In this document: positions 1 to 11,800 of the stretch, piece by piece
Position numbering within the stretch: position 1 is the first letter of the stretch
Layout: each line of letters starts with the position of its first letter
Origin: an uncultured delta proteobacterium
Lineage (GTDB): Bacteria; Myxococcota; Kuafuiibacteriia; Kuafuiibacteriales; Kuafuiibacteriaceae
Assembly (NCBI GenBank): GCA_963803435.1
Contig: CAWDML010000007.1
Coordinates: forward strand, 416,001-480,000
Reading direction: 5' to 3'
Length of the DNA stretch: 64,000 nt
The notes under the pieces: generated by a model
What the model was told of the DNA's origin: nothing
Databases searched by the model: none
What the model saw: only the letters and a program-made list of their open reading frames with translations
Made by a program: the position numbers and the translations under genes

Positions 1-569
1 CAGCTGGCCCAGTGAAACTCGGCCATCGCGTGGAACGCCGGACCCTGACTCCGGATCTGTGCCGGCTGACCGCTGCCCCGCGGCTGGGTCTTGTCCGCCG
101 TGACGGCTGGGATCGAGAGGTAGTAGTCGGCGCAGGGTGACGCGTCGGCCGCGAGCGCGGACGCCAGGATGTTCCATGCGGACTGTGTGTAGAACACCAC
201 CTCGGCGTGGCGCGGACAGTCCAGCCCGGCGTCGGGCGTCCCCGCCTCCATCGCGCCCGCGTCGTCGGAAACGACGGCGGCGTCTGCCTCTTCGGCCGCG
301 TCTGCGACCGCGGCCCCATCGGCCGTCTCTTCTGCGTCCTCGACCGCGGCGTCATCCGCCGCCGCGTCGGTGACCTTGGCATCGAGCGTCGCCGCGTCGG
401 CCGGGGCCGCGTCGAGCCCGACCTCGTCCGGGCCCGTCTCTCCCGCGTCGTCGAGCGCGACGGCAGCATCGACCGCGTCCGCGTCCCGGGCGGACCCGTC
501 GAGCCCGGGCGACGAACCGCAGCCCACGGCCAGCGCGCACACCCCGATCAGCCACCCTCGCCGCGACAC
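1..569 (-). CDS. Lipoprotein with Asp/Ala-rich linker (partial, runs off the window start)
   Basis: Translated by hand (not in the ORF track). GTG at 569 gives MSRRGWLIGVCALAVGC (lipobox), a DAA/DAG low-complexity linker, then a globular region (CPRHAEVVFYTQSAWNIL...EFHWAS) open to base 1. Confidence 0.7.
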   Translation of the reverse strand, partial: MSRRGWLIGVCALAVGCGSSPGLDGSARDADAVDAAVALDDAGETGPDEVGLDAAPADAATLDAKVTDAAADDAAVEDAEETADGAAVADAAEEADAAVVSDDAGAMEAGTPDAGLDCPRHAEVVFYTQSAWNILASALAADASPCADYYLSIPAVTADKTQPRGSGQPAQIRSQGPAFHAMAEFHWAS

Positions 570-639
570 TGATCGGGAGTATCGGGTGGGCACTGATCGG
601 CGAGTGCTTACACGACGGCTGTAATCGAGTTCGGTACGA

Positions 640-2979
640 TCACTGTGCGGGGAGGAAGAAGAGGGTCTGCTGCGACAGCCAGTGCCTGGCGCTGCAGCTC
701 TGTCGGCAACCGAGGACGTCCTGACCGTACCCGCCGGCGGCTTCGAAGCCGACGGTCGCGTCGAAGGCGCTGGTCGCGGGCGACGTCATCGATCCGTACG
801 CGATCTCGATCACCCCGCCCGACTCGTGCAGTCGAACCTCCGCGTCGACGCGCGCCCCTGCGTTCCCGTAGCGCGGCACGCCGAGGAACGTGAAGTGCTG
901 CACGCGATCGGGGCTGACGCCGGTGATCGTCGCCGTGATGGTGGCACCGCCGTGGCCCGCGTCGAGATCGTCCCACCACCACGCGAGCAGCGCGTTGGGA
1001 GGCGTCGCATCGGGGAGCGGGCGGTTGTTGTAATCGTCGATCGGCGCGTCGAAGGCGATGAAGCCGTTGCTGCTGACGTAGGCGATCTGCACCGGTGCGC
1101 CTGCAAAGTAGAACGGGAAGCCGAGCGGAACCGGCGCGATCGCGTCGTCGGCGAGGAGGCCGGGGATCGGAGCGCCGGGTGTCGGGACGAAGCTCGCAGG
1201 GAGGAGGTAGACCTGATAGCCGCTCACGTTCCAGGTGCACTGGCCGCAGGCATCCTCGAAGTCGGCGTTCCCGTCATCGCACGCCTCGACGCCGATCTGG
1301 AGGTAGCCGTCACCGCAGGTGGCGGCCTGACAGGTGTCGATGCAGCCGTCCCAGGCCTGGGCGTTGGCGTCGTCGCAGCCCTCGAACGAGTCCTGGACAC
1401 CGTCGCCGCAGAAGGCGGCGCGACAGGTCGTCCGACAGCCGTCGGGCGCGACGTCCGAGTTGGCGCTCCCGAGGAATCGCACTCCTCTCCCGGCTGCGTG
1501 ACACCGTCGCCGCACGTCGCCGGCGCGAGGCCCTCACCGGACAGCGCCACCTCGACGCGGCTCACTGGCGAGCTCGCGTCGATGACCACCGCCCCGGACG
1601 AGAGCTCGGCGCGAAGCGGCGTGAAGGAGACATCAAGCTCCAGGGACTCGCCGGGGAGCAGCACGATCGAGTCCGAAGGAAGCTGCAGATGAAAGACGGG
1701 AGCCTGCTGCGAGAGGGAGAGCGAGACAGAGCACGAGGCACCGCCCGTGTTGGAGAGGGTGAAGCTGCGCGCGGCCGTCGTTCCGATCGCAACGCCTCCG
1801 AGGCTCACCGACGCCGGCGCGGACAGCGCGCACGCGTTGAGCGCGACGGTCCGGCCGTGCAGCTCGATCGCGGTGGCGTGAACGCCACCATCGTGCAGCG
1901 TCTCGATCGTGAGCGTGGCGCGCGCGTCCGCACCGTTGTTGTCCCCGCAGTAGGTGACGTCGACCGGGACGCGCGCTCGCGGCGGGACCAGGAGGTTCGA
2001 GCCCACCGTGAAGGCCTGCGGCGACGCGCCCACCAGGTAGGGCGTGTTGATGGTGAGCGGACGATCCGTCGCGTTGTCGCAGGGGACGCTCACAGTGGTG
2101 CATCCTCCCGGTGGAGCCGTCACCTCGAGCACCGGCGGCGAGCAGACGAGCGGCGCCGCGACGCTCTCCCCTTCGACGGTCAAGGTGGTCGGGCATCCGT
2201 CCTCGCAGAGCTGAAACGGGATCGATGCCTGGTGGAGCGACGCGAAGCCCACGGGAGCAAAGCGGATCAGGATGGGCGCCTCCGCTCCCGGCGGGAGCAC
2301 CAGCGGCGCTTGCCGAATCCAGCGGAGCGGGCAGGACCACTGTGAACGGGTCGGTGATCGAGGGCGTGCTCCGCACCACGGCTTCTCGGCTCGAGCCGTT
2401 CCGAAGCGTGACCGTCAGCTCGGGAGCATCGAGCGCGAAGCTCGGGCCGAAGGAAGCGCGCGTCGGCACCAGGGAGGCGACGCCCGCCTCCGGAGTCACC
2501 TCGAAGCGGCAGTGGGACGAGCACCCGTCGCCGCCGACGGTGTTCCCGTCGTCGCAGCTCTCCAGGGTGGGATGGAGCCTTCCGTCTCCGCAGATCGCCG
2601 GCGTGAGCAGCGTGATCGAAGCCTCGACGGTCCCGCTCGGAACCTGGGCTTCCAGACCGGCCGAGCCGAGCACGGCTCCGTCGTCGGCGAGCCCGTCGAC
2701 CCTCAGGAGCAGGCGGGTGCCCATGAGCGCGGGGACGAAGTCGATCGGGACCGACAACCTGCGCAGCCCCGGCGGATCGACCGAGAGCGGCACCACCGGC
2801 GTCTCGTGCGCGACCGCGAGGTCGTCACCGATCCGGAGCGCGGTGACGTCGAGGGACGCAATCGGAAGCGTCGAGTCCCAGACCACCTCCAGCACGATCC
2901 GGCGGTCGTCTTCCGGAGCCGCCGTCTGGCAACCGACGAGCAGCACGATCATCGACGATATGCAGGTCCGCTTCCCCAT
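640..2979 (-). CDS. Lipoprotein with myxobacterial Cys-rich repeats (DUF4215-like) and ASH/choice-of-anchor-D-like Ig domains; two frameshifts (~2310, ~1470)
   Basis: LLVGC lipobox. Repeats CGDGRLHPTLESCDDGNTVGGDGCSSHC and CGDGVQDSFEGCDDAN. Ig-like segments (RSFTLSNTGG, LELDVSFTP). Coding sense moves across ORFs 1633-2979, 1224-2300 and 640-1515. Confidence 0.75.
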
Positions 2980-3193
2980 GACTCTCCCCCCGTCGCGATC
3001 GACGCTAACAGCGAGCGATCGCGCGCGGAATGAGAGGTCGGTTAGGCTTCCGGTGAGCCGATGTGGCCGGCGGCCCGCGTTAAGCGGAAGCGTCGATCAT
3101 CGTCGTGGGGATCAGAAGGTCGCGCTGACACCCGTGATCAATCCAATGACCTTTGGATCGGCGTGGACCGCCGGTTCACAGCCGGCCGATCCA

Positions 3194-4975
3194 TCATCTT
3201 CGCGAGCGGCGCTTCGTCGTTCGCCCGGTCCGCTTCACCGCTCGAGGTCGCGGCGGTTCGGGCGGCGGCACCAGGCGCGGCGGAGGTGGTGGCTTCGGCG
3301 GCGGGTTCTCGAACTGGTACCGAAGCTCCTCGAAGACACATGATCCGTCGACACAGCCGAGACCCGGCAGCGGTGCCGAGAGCGAGAAGTGGCGCCTCCA
3401 GTGCGGTCCCAGGCTCAGCGGCTCGCCGATCGGGCTTCGGCTCTCACCGATCATCGCGTGTGCCATCAGCTTGCCGTCCGAACCGATGCGCAGCCCGAGC
3501 CGCACCTGATCCGTGGTGGTCGACTGGTCGAGCAGCGTCCGTCCCCGCCGCTCGCCGAGCGACCATTCCAGCGTGACCGGCTCCTCCGTGGAGGCGGTCA
3601 GGGCGACGTAGCGATCCTCGGATCCGACCAGGAGGAGCCCCGCCGACGGGCGGGCCTTCGAGCCGACGAGGAACCGCCGCAAGCGTTCGATGAGCGACTC
3701 CTCGCGCGGCACCATGCGCACCTTCACCGAGAGCTCCATCGTCTCCCCCTCGAGGGGCGGAACCATCAGCAAGGCGTGGCCGGCGGGCGCGTCGACGAAA
3801 GGATCGAAGCGCAGCGTGCCACCGTCGAACACCGCCGAGCGTCCATAAGCGAGGGCGAAGACCCGCTCGGTGCCCTCGGCGAGGCGAAGCTCGCTGTCGC
3901 CTCCGCGCACGCTTCGTCGCGCGTTCGTCTCGGCGAAGCCCATCGCCTGATGCGACCCGAGCATCTTCTCCGCCGAGGTCGGCAACGGCTGCTCGTTCGA
4001 GCGTCGCTGCAGATAGAGCACGCCGAGCATCACCAAGCTGCCGGCCACCGTGAGAATTGCGAGCCCGATCGCGATCCGCCGTACCACGCGGCGCGCGGTG
4101 AGGGTCGCGCGCTCGAGCTTCGTGACCGGCCGGCTCGGCAGCGTGGGCATGCTCGGGAGCAGGGCCTCGAGATCGGCGATCATCTCCGCGAGCGTCGGAT
4201 AGCGAGCGGCCGGATCGAGCTCGAGCGCTCGAAGGACGATCGGATCGATCCGCGGGTCGAGCGAGCGGCGCTCCGACGGTGGTTTGTAGGCGCCGATCGG
4301 GAGCTCGCCCACCAGGAGCTCGTAGAGGAGGACGCCGAGGGAGTAGATGTCGGCGCGATGGTCGGCCTCCTTCGCGTTGAGGCGCTGCTCGGGCGCCATG
4401 TACGCGAGCGTTCCCATCGCGATGTTGGTCGCGGTCAGGTGAAAGTGCTCCCTGCCATCGATGAAGGACGCCAGGCCGAAGTCGCTCACCTTGGGCGCTC
4501 CGCCCGCCTGCTCGTCGATGAGGATGTTCTCCGGCTTGAGATCCCGATGAATGATCCCACGCCGATGCGCATGCTCGACACCACGGCAGATGTCGAGGAA
4601 CAGCCGGATCGTCGCCAACGGCTGCTGCTCCCCCGAGGCCATCCGCTCGCGCAGCGACGGCCCAGACACGTGCTCCATCACGAGGTAGTACGTGAAGGAG
4701 GTCGCTCCCTTGTCGACGATCGCCACGATGTTCGGGTGAGAGAGCGCGGCCAGCGCCGCCGCCTCCTTCTCGAAGCGCGCCACGAACGTCTCGTCGCTCG
4801 CGAGCTTCGGCGAGAGCAGCTTGATCGCGACGAGCCGCTCGAGCGAGAGCTGCGTCGCGCGATGCACCTCGCCCATCCCGCCGCGACCGATGAACCCTTC
4901 GAGCCGGTAGCCGGGGATCGAGACCTCACGGAGACCCGAGCTCGTCTCCTCGACCCACTCCACCGGCCCGTCCAT
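3194..4975 (-). CDS. Membrane-anchored Hanks-type Ser/Thr protein kinase
   Basis: IGRGGMGEV, VAIK, HRDLKPEN, DFG, GTLAYMAPE, one TM helix, extracytoplasmic domain, Pro-rich tail. Start set at ATG 4975 (ORF extends to 5029). Confidence 0.92.
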   Translation of the reverse strand: MDGPVEWVEETSSGLREVSIPGYRLEGFIGRGGMGEVHRATQLSLERLVAIKLLSPKLASDETFVARFEKEAAALAALSHPNIVAIVDKGATSFTYYLVMEHVSGPSLRERMASGEQQPLATIRLFLDICRGVEHAHRRGIIHRDLKPENILIDEQAGGAPKVSDFGLASFIDGREHFHLTATNIAMGTLAYMAPEQRLNAKEADHRADIYSLGVLLYELLVGELPIGAYKPPSERRSLDPRIDPIVLRALELDPAARYPTLAEMIADLEALLPSMPTLPSRPVTKLERATLTARRVVRRIAIGLAILTVAGSLVMLGVLYLQRRSNEQPLPTSAEKMLGSHQAMGFAETNARRSVRGGDSELRLAEGTERVFALAYGRSAVFDGGTLRFDPFVDAPAGHALLMVPPLEGETMELSVKVRMVPREESLIERLRRFLVGSKARPSAGLLLVGSEDRYVALTASTEEPVTLEWSLGERRGRTLLDQSTTTDQVRLGLRIGSDGKLMAHAMIGESRSPIGEPLSLGPHWRRHFSLSAPLPGLGCVDGSCVFEELRYQFENPPPKPPPPPRLVPPPEPPRPRAVKRTGRTTKRRSRR

Positions 4976-5179
4976 CACCGGGATCCTAGCAGCGGGCCCG
5001 AGCGAGGGCGTGCCCCGCTCAACCACCATGTAGGCGCGGTCGGGGCTGATGCGGATCGCGGCGTTTTCGTGCTTCGCCCACCCCGGCCCGACCGGGGCCG
5101 ATCAGGCCTGTGAGGTCCGCGCGCCCCCTCCTCCTCGAGACCGGCCTGTCCCTCGAAGCGCTGCCCGAGGAGAGGTCGC

Positions 5180-7366
5180 CTACCGGACGACGTTGACCGA
5201 GTTGTCGAGGTAGCGAACCCGGTTCGCGATCCGCTGGAGCGGATAGCCTGCCACCAGGAGCTCGATCCCGGTCGGATTGTCCTTGATGTCACCGTCGCTG
5301 AGCAGGACCGAGGTCTCCGCCTCCAGGTCGAAGAGCTGCTCGACCCGGACGCCGAGCGCGCCGCAGGCCTCGATGCTGAAGCGGAAGATTTCGAGCGAGC
5401 CGCCGTCGGTCGCGGAGGCACACTGCCCGACGCGCGCGGCGCCGTTGGGGTTCATCGTCGTGCACGGAGGCGAAGGCATCGCCCCGGTCAGGTGTACGTC
5501 TCCCGCGCTCAGCATGCAGCCGGCATCCTTCGCCATCAGCCCCCGCCCCCGGGAGTCGACGACCTCGAGCCAATCCACCGTGACGCTGGAGGTCTTGAAC
5601 GCGCAAATCCCGCTGCAGACTTCGCAGTCGTCCAGGCCCGAGTCACGGATCTCGATGTCGTAGAGGCTCGCGCGGGCCCCGTCGATGTCGATCGCCTTGT
5701 TGCCGGTGCGCATCACCGAGACGCGCTCGGCGAGGAGCGTCGTCTCGGGCTCGAGATGGATCCCGTTGGCGAGCCGCCCCTGAAACCCGACGTCGCGGAT
5801 GCTGACATCCGTGAGGACCACCGTGCCGCCCGCCTCGGGGAGATAGATGGCAGACCCGGTCGTGCGCGCCACGATGCTCCGCGAGAGCTCGACCATCGAG
5901 CCGCCGCCGACCCTGACCCCGTTGCCCGGGACCATCTCCGAGCAATCGGGGACGTCGGCCGTGAGGATCGAGCTCGAGACCTGCACGCGGGCGTCGCCGC
6001 TGGTCCGGACGCCCGCGAGGCCGTTGTCGTGAAAATAGGCCAAGCTCACCTCGGCGAAGCCTCCCTGGCCGACGTCGAGACCGGCGGTGGGAGCGTTGCG
6101 GACAATCGCTTGCTGGACGTGGAGATCACCGTCTCCGACCAGGATGGGCGCTGCGTCGAAGACGGCGCGCTGGACCTTCGCACTCCCGCCGCGCACATCG
6201 AGGTTGCCCGTGAGCAGCGTGTCCTCGATGTCCGCGCGACCCCCCACCCTCATCACGCCGGCGCGGCCCCGCGTGAAGGAGAGGTCACCGTCGACCACCG
6301 CGGCATCGACCGAGCTCCCGCGAGCGTCGGCGATGTCGCCGACCGGGATGTGAAGATCTCCCACGGCGGCGCCGGAGGCGAGGATCGGGCCGTCGGCGGC
6401 GTTCACGGTCAAGCCGTCGAGCGTCACCTCGCCCCGTGCGATCACACTCGTGACGACGGTCTGCTCGACACACGCGCCCACCAGGGCGATGTCAATCGGG
6501 ATCGTGACGGTCTCGGCGAAGGTCCCCTTGCCGAGCGCGATGATGGTCTGGGGAGAGGCAACGGCCAGCGCTTCGCCGAGCGAAGCGAAGGGCGCCGCCT
6601 CCGAACCATCTCCGGGCGGCCCTCCCGAGACCGCGTACAGGACGGGCCCTGAGAGCCCCTCGCGGAACATCCCCGCGGGACACGCGGGTCCGACGTGCGA
6701 GCATCCCGCCTCACCGGGGACGGCAATCTCCTCCGGACCGCACGAGGGCATCTCGACCCACGGCGCACACACGCGCGTCCCCTCGACGTCCGTCACGCTC
6801 CAGCCACCGCCGCACGCAGCGAGGTCCGGATCCTGCGGCGGCGACGGCCGGTCGGGCGGCTCCGGGATCGGGCAAGGCCGCAGGCACGCGGAGGGCGTCG
6901 CAGCCGAGAGGTCGTAACATCCGCCATCGTCGATGCAGTCGATGGCGTCGGTCGTTCTCGAGAGGCGTAGCTCGCGGATCCGCTGGCCGAGATCGTCCCG
7001 GAGGATCGGAGAGAACGGCTCGACGACGGCGCCGCGTACCGCGGCCCGCTCCTGCGCGACGGCCGGAGGGATCGGATCTCCTCCCGGATCCTGGACCAGC
7101 TCGCCGGGGTTCAGCCCCAACGACGCGACCGGCGCGGCGTAGAGAAACGCGACCAGCTCGAGGGGATAGGCGCCGACGTACGTGTCGAGGATGGGCACCT
7201 TCAGCGCGCCGCCGACCTCGACGTCCTGAGCGGAGACCCGGAGCTCGTCGCCATCGTCGACGACCAGCAGCACCGATCGGATCTCCGGGCCCACGACCAG
7301 CGAAAGATCGAGCCGCTCCGCCCGGCACCCCGCCAGGACCAGGCAGACTGCGACCGCGCGGCGCAC
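5180..7366 (-). CDS. Lipoprotein with right-handed parallel beta-helix (pectin-lyase-like) repeats
   Basis: LVLAGC lipobox; GDGSEAAPFASLGEAL...IALGKGTF beta-helix cap; repeated beta-helix turns. Confidence 0.75.
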   Translation of the reverse strand: MRRAVAVCLVLAGCRAERLDLSLVVGPEIRSVLLVVDDGDELRVSAQDVEVGGALKVPILDTYVGAYPLELVAFLYAAPVASLGLNPGELVQDPGGDPIPPAVAQERAAVRGAVVEPFSPILRDDLGQRIRELRLSRTTDAIDCIDDGGCYDLSAATPSACLRPCPIPEPPDRPSPPQDPDLAACGGGWSVTDVEGTRVCAPWVEMPSCGPEEIAVPGEAGCSHVGPACPAGMFREGLSGPVLYAVSGGPPGDGSEAAPFASLGEALAVASPQTIIALGKGTFAETVTIPIDIALVGACVEQTVVTSVIARGEVTLDGLTVNAADGPILASGAAVGDLHIPVGDIADARGSSVDAAVVDGDLSFTRGRAGVMRVGGRADIEDTLLTGNLDVRGGSAKVQRAVFDAAPILVGDGDLHVQQAIVRNAPTAGLDVGQGGFAEVSLAYFHDNGLAGVRTSGDARVQVSSSILTADVPDCSEMVPGNGVRVGGGSMVELSRSIVARTTGSAIYLPEAGGTVVLTDVSIRDVGFQGRLANGIHLEPETTLLAERVSVMRTGNKAIDIDGARASLYDIEIRDSGLDDCEVCSGICAFKTSSVTVDWLEVVDSRGRGLMAKDAGCMLSAGDVHLTGAMPSPPCTTMNPNGAARVGQCASATDGGSLEIFRFSIEACGALGVRVEQLFDLEAETSVLLSDGDIKDNPTGIELLVAGYPLQRIANRVRYLDNSVNVVR

Positions 7367-7461
7367 GCCGCCATTATGACCTCGAGACGTCGCGGGTCAC
7401 AGAGCGTCACCCCTCGGCTTTTGCAGAGACAACTCGTCGCCCACCGCGGTAGGGGGCTCCC

Positions 7462-8811
7462 GTGAGACGCGTCCTCCGGTCGGGCGTTCCGCCCTTCCTC
7501 TTCACGCTGGCTGCGGGCGCCTTCGCCGCGTGTGCGCTCGGCGGATGCCGGCCGAGCCGTCCAATCATCGGCTCTGTGAAGCCGGGAGCGCCGCTGACCA
7601 TCGGCGCGGCGCTTCCCCTGTCCGGGAACCTGAAGGCGTTCGGCGAGGGCGGTCGAGATGCGGTCCGGCTCGCGGCCGGCGAGCTGGACAAGCGTGCGGA
7701 GCCGCGGATCCACGCCGCCGTGCGTGACTCGCTGGGAGACGCGGCCGGCGCGGCGAAGGCGGTCGAGGCGCTCGTGCTCGAGGACGGCGCCATCGCCATC
7801 GTCGGCCCCCTGTTTCGCTCCGAGGCGACGGAGGCCGCCGACAAAGCCCAGGAGCTGGGGGTCCCGCTGCTCGCCCTGACCAGCGACCGCGAGGTCGCGA
7901 GCGCGGGCTCCTACGTGTTCGGTGCGGGCGTGTCGCCCGAGGACGAGATGGACGCCCTGGTCGCCTACGCGATGGACGAGCTCAGGCTCAAGACCTTCGC
8001 GGTCCTCCATCCTCGCATCGAATACGGAGAACGGATGCTGCAGCTCTTCCGCGAGCGCGTCGAAGAGCGCGGCGGCACCATCCAGGCGATCGAGTCCTAC
8101 CAAGCCGAGGACACCACCTTCACCGAGCCGATCCAGCGCCTCGTGAAGCGCGATGATCCCGCAGCGCGCGCCGACTATCAGCAGGCGATCGCCAAGTGCG
8201 AGGACGCTCCCGATAACTATCGAAAGGCGCGCTGTCAGCGGGAGGTGCGGGAGCAGCTGCCTCCCATCATCGAGTTCGAGGGCCTCTTCATCCCGGACGG
8301 CCACCAACGGATCGCGCTCATCGCTCCGGCGGTGGTGGCCGAGGACATCATCGTCCAGCACGACCCCAAGGCGCTGCAGCAGATCGAGAAGACGCTGGGC
8401 CGCAAGGTCCAGCCGATCACACTGCTGGGAACGAGCGCGTGGAACTCACCCGAGCTGCCCAAGAAGGCCGGCCGGGCGGTCGAGAGCGCGATCTTCGCCG
8501 ACGTCACCTTCGACGGCGCCAAGGACGAGGCGACCCGACGCTTCGTCGCGCGCTTCCAGAGTCGCTTCAAGCGCGCTCCCGAGCGGCCCGAGGCGCTCCT
8601 TTACGACGCCACGCGCATCGTCGTGGAGGCGCTGACCGCCGAGCACCCCGCCAACACCGACGACCTTCGCCGGGCGATCCATGCGCTCCACGGCTTCCGC
8701 GGCGTCACCGGTGAGATCTCGTTCGAGGACGGAACCGCGGCGCAGCGAAAGTTCAAGATCCTCACGATCGAGGATCAGACGATCCGCGAGGTGCGCGCCA
8801 ACGAGGGATGA
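7462..8811 (+). CDS. Periplasmic binding protein type 1, LpoA/LppC-like (penicillin-binding protein activator-like) lipoprotein
   Basis: ALGGC lipobox; IGAALPLSG, AIVGPLF, YGERM, LFIPD, LLGTSAWN, FRGVTGEISF. Confidence 0.75.
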   Translation: MRRVLRSGVPPFLFTLAAGAFAACALGGCRPSRPIIGSVKPGAPLTIGAALPLSGNLKAFGEGGRDAVRLAAGELDKRAEPRIHAAVRDSLGDAAGAAKAVEALVLEDGAIAIVGPLFRSEATEAADKAQELGVPLLALTSDREVASAGSYVFGAGVSPEDEMDALVAYAMDELRLKTFAVLHPRIEYGERMLQLFRERVEERGGTIQAIESYQAEDTTFTEPIQRLVKRDDPAARADYQQAIAKCEDAPDNYRKARCQREVREQLPPIIEFEGLFIPDGHQRIALIAPAVVAEDIIVQHDPKALQQIEKTLGRKVQPITLLGTSAWNSPELPKKAGRAVESAIFADVTFDGAKDEATRRFVARFQSRFKRAPERPEALLYDATRIVVEALTAEHPANTDDLRRAIHALHGFRGVTGEISFEDGTAAQRKFKILTIEDQTIREVRANEG

Positions 8812-8873
8812 TCCGTCGCGGATCTACGTGTGCCTGAGCGCCAGCGGTCAAATGGACCGTTGCCACGACGGGT

Positions 8874-11800
8874 TCAGTACCAATTGCCGATCGCCGCCGT
8901 ACTGCACGAACCGTTCCCGTTGAAGAGCACACCGGCAGCCGCGTTGATGTCACTGAAGGCACTGTTCGAGCCGAAGCTCCAGCGGTGCGACGCCGAGCCG
9001 CACGTGCACGAGCCGCCGATGTTCACGTCCGTGTAGCTCCCTCCGCACGCCTGGGCGCAGTTCGTGACGCCGTAGTGCACGTTGCAGGCGTCGATCGCGC
9101 CCTGGACGGAGCTGGGATTGGAAGGACGGTCGTTGAAGAAGATGATCCCGGTCCCGGTGCTGTGCTCGTAGCCTCTCGCTCCGCAGCCACCGTTGATGTC
9201 GGCCTCGACGCTCTCGCGGGCGTCCATGATGCCGTTGTAGCAGTGACCCTGGATCTTCTGGACCACCGTCTCACCTTCGGGCCCGACGGCGTCCGTCGCA
9301 TTGCCGCCGAAGAGGTAGATCTTCCCGTTGAGGTAGGCGGACGCCGAGCGATCGAAGGGACGAACGAGGCGCTGCGGAGCGGCGATCTCATTGAGGAGCG
9401 TGGAGCTGTCGATGCCGAACGACCACACGCGGGAGGTCAGACTGGCGCCGTCGCGGCCGGCAAAGACGCCGATCTGCTGGTTGTGGATGAGGAACGCCGA
9501 AGAGTAAGCGGCGGGGATCGCGGCCTGGCTCACCGCCACCCAGGCGTTGTTCCGCAGGACCAGCGCGTTCGAGATCGGTTGATCGGCGGCGTCGCGACCG
9601 CCCAGGACCCAGACCTCGCCGTGATGCGCGACCGCCGCGGCCCCGGTGCGCGCCGCAGGTAGCACGGGGCCCGTCCGCCAGACGTCATCGGTCGTCGAGT
9701 AGATCTCGACGGTCTGCAGGGCGCCGTTGTTGTATCCGCCCACCACGTAGATGTCAGTGCCCACCAGCGTCACTGCAGGATCGCGACGAGCGCTGGTCAT
9801 CGGGGTGCGTTCGAGCCACGCGTTCGTGACCGGGTCGTACGCGCGCATGTTGGCGACCGCGTTCCCAAAGTTGTTCGCACCGCCGATCGCGTAGACGTAA
9901 TCGCCCACCGCCGCGGCCTTCAGCCCGTTCTGATAGCTCGGCAGGTCGGGAAGCGGGGCGTAAGTCTCGGTCTCGGGATCGAAGGCCCAGGCGCTGAGCT
10001 CCTCTTGGAAGTTGCGGCCGCCGAACAGATAGATGCGGCCGTTCAACGCCGCAGCTGCGTGCATGAAGCGGGCTGCGGGCGCCGGCGCCAGCGTGCGTAC
10101 GTAGTCCTGGCTCTGCGTGAAGTAGATGGCGGTATCCGTGATGCCGGAGGGGAGTTGGCCGCCGATGAACCACGCCTCCGCTTCGACGGTGTCCACGGTT
10201 CCTGGGCGCTCGATGGTGACCGCGGCGCCCGAGTAGCGGGGCGCGTCGAGGGGCCTGCGCTCGCGCCAGGCATCGTCCTCCACGATGTACTCCTCGACCA
10301 CGGCGGTGGCCGCGCCACCGAGCAGGCGCCCGCCGGCCACCACGATGCCGGAGTAGCCGCCGCTCACGGCGCCGGCGTTGGAGAGCCCGGTGATGGCGGC
10401 GAAAGAGCGGGGCGTGGGGAGCGGCGCCGCGGTGGTCCAGGAGTCGTCCGCGGGATCGTAGACGTCGACGGCCGAGATGGGCGTGCCGGCGGCGTCTTCA
10501 CCCCCGACCAGGTAGATGCGTCCCGCCACCTCGACCGCGCCGAAGCCATGCCGCGCCCGCGGCATCTGCGCGACCTGATTCGTCCACGAGTTGCTGGCCG
10601 GCGAAAAGACCTCGACGTTGGTGAGGACCGAGCCGCCGTTGGTCTTGCCGCCGAACACGTAGATCTCACCGTTGTGGCTCACCGCCGCCAGCCCGAAGCG
10701 CGTGGTCGGCATCGGGGCGCGCGCCTCCCAGCCGGCGCTCACGCCCGGCTCCAGGCGCTCGATGAGGTTCGTGGGCGTGCCGTTGTTCTCGCCGCCGACG
10801 ATGTAGATGTAGCGCCCGTCGCTCGCCATGGCCGCCTGCGCGCGGGCCTGCACCAGGGAGGGGAGCGTGGTCCACGCGTTGTCGAGGTAGTCGTACCGGT
10901 AGGCGCCGGCCTGGGGCGCAGTCCCGTCGGAGCCGCCGACGACGTAGAGCGATCCGCCCAGCCGAACCGCCGCGGGCTGGATGACGGGGTCGCTGAGCGT
11001 CGTCCCCGCCTGCCAGCGGTTGCCCTCCGACGTGATCTCGTAGGTGGCGTTCACCGGGTTCGGCTCCCAGTTCCCCGCCTCGTCGAGGGCGCGGAACCTG
11101 AGCGTCGTATCGTCGAAGATCCGGAACGACTTCACCGACTCGAAGCTCGGCGAATACTCGTCGGGGTCCGCGCCGTCGGTCGTGTAGTAGACCGTCGCGG
11201 GTTCGTTGGTGGCCACCTGAACCGTGATGCCGTTCAGGAACACGCCGCCCGCCGGGGTCAGGCTGGTGGTGGGGGGCGTGATGTCATAGACGATCCGGAC
11301 CTCGACGGTCGCACTGCTCTGTGCTTGATCCACGCTTCGGATCACGAAGACGTTCACACCGGGCGTCAGGTTGAGCACGACGCTCCAGGTCGCGTCCGGG
11401 TTCTGGCTCACGGCCTCGAGGCCGTTGATCTCGATGGAAGCGCCGGAGGGTTTGGTGCCGGTCAGCGTCAGCATGCCGACGTTGGTGGGGGTGACGTACG
11501 GATCGATCCCGGGCGGCTCGATACAGCCACCGATCGGGGTGCCGACGCACGCGCCGGCCACGCAGGCGTCGTTCGTGCATGCGTTGCCGTCGGTGCACGA
11601 GCCGGCCTGGGCGGTGTGGCTGCACCGGTTGCGAGCGAAGTCGAACGCGTCGAGCGTGCAGGGGTTGGCGTCGTCGCAGAGGACGGTGTCGTCGATGATC
11701 TCGCAGGTTCCGTTGTTGCAGATGTAGCCCGGGTCGCAGACGCCGGTGGTGTTGTTGGTGGAGCACTCCACGCCCGCGCTGATGCACGTGCCGGCGATGC

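Noticed and set aside
5081-5097. GC hairpin CCCCGG-CCCGA-CCGGGG between two genes as a terminator
   Set aside because: No U-tract, and short GC stems are expected by chance at this composition.
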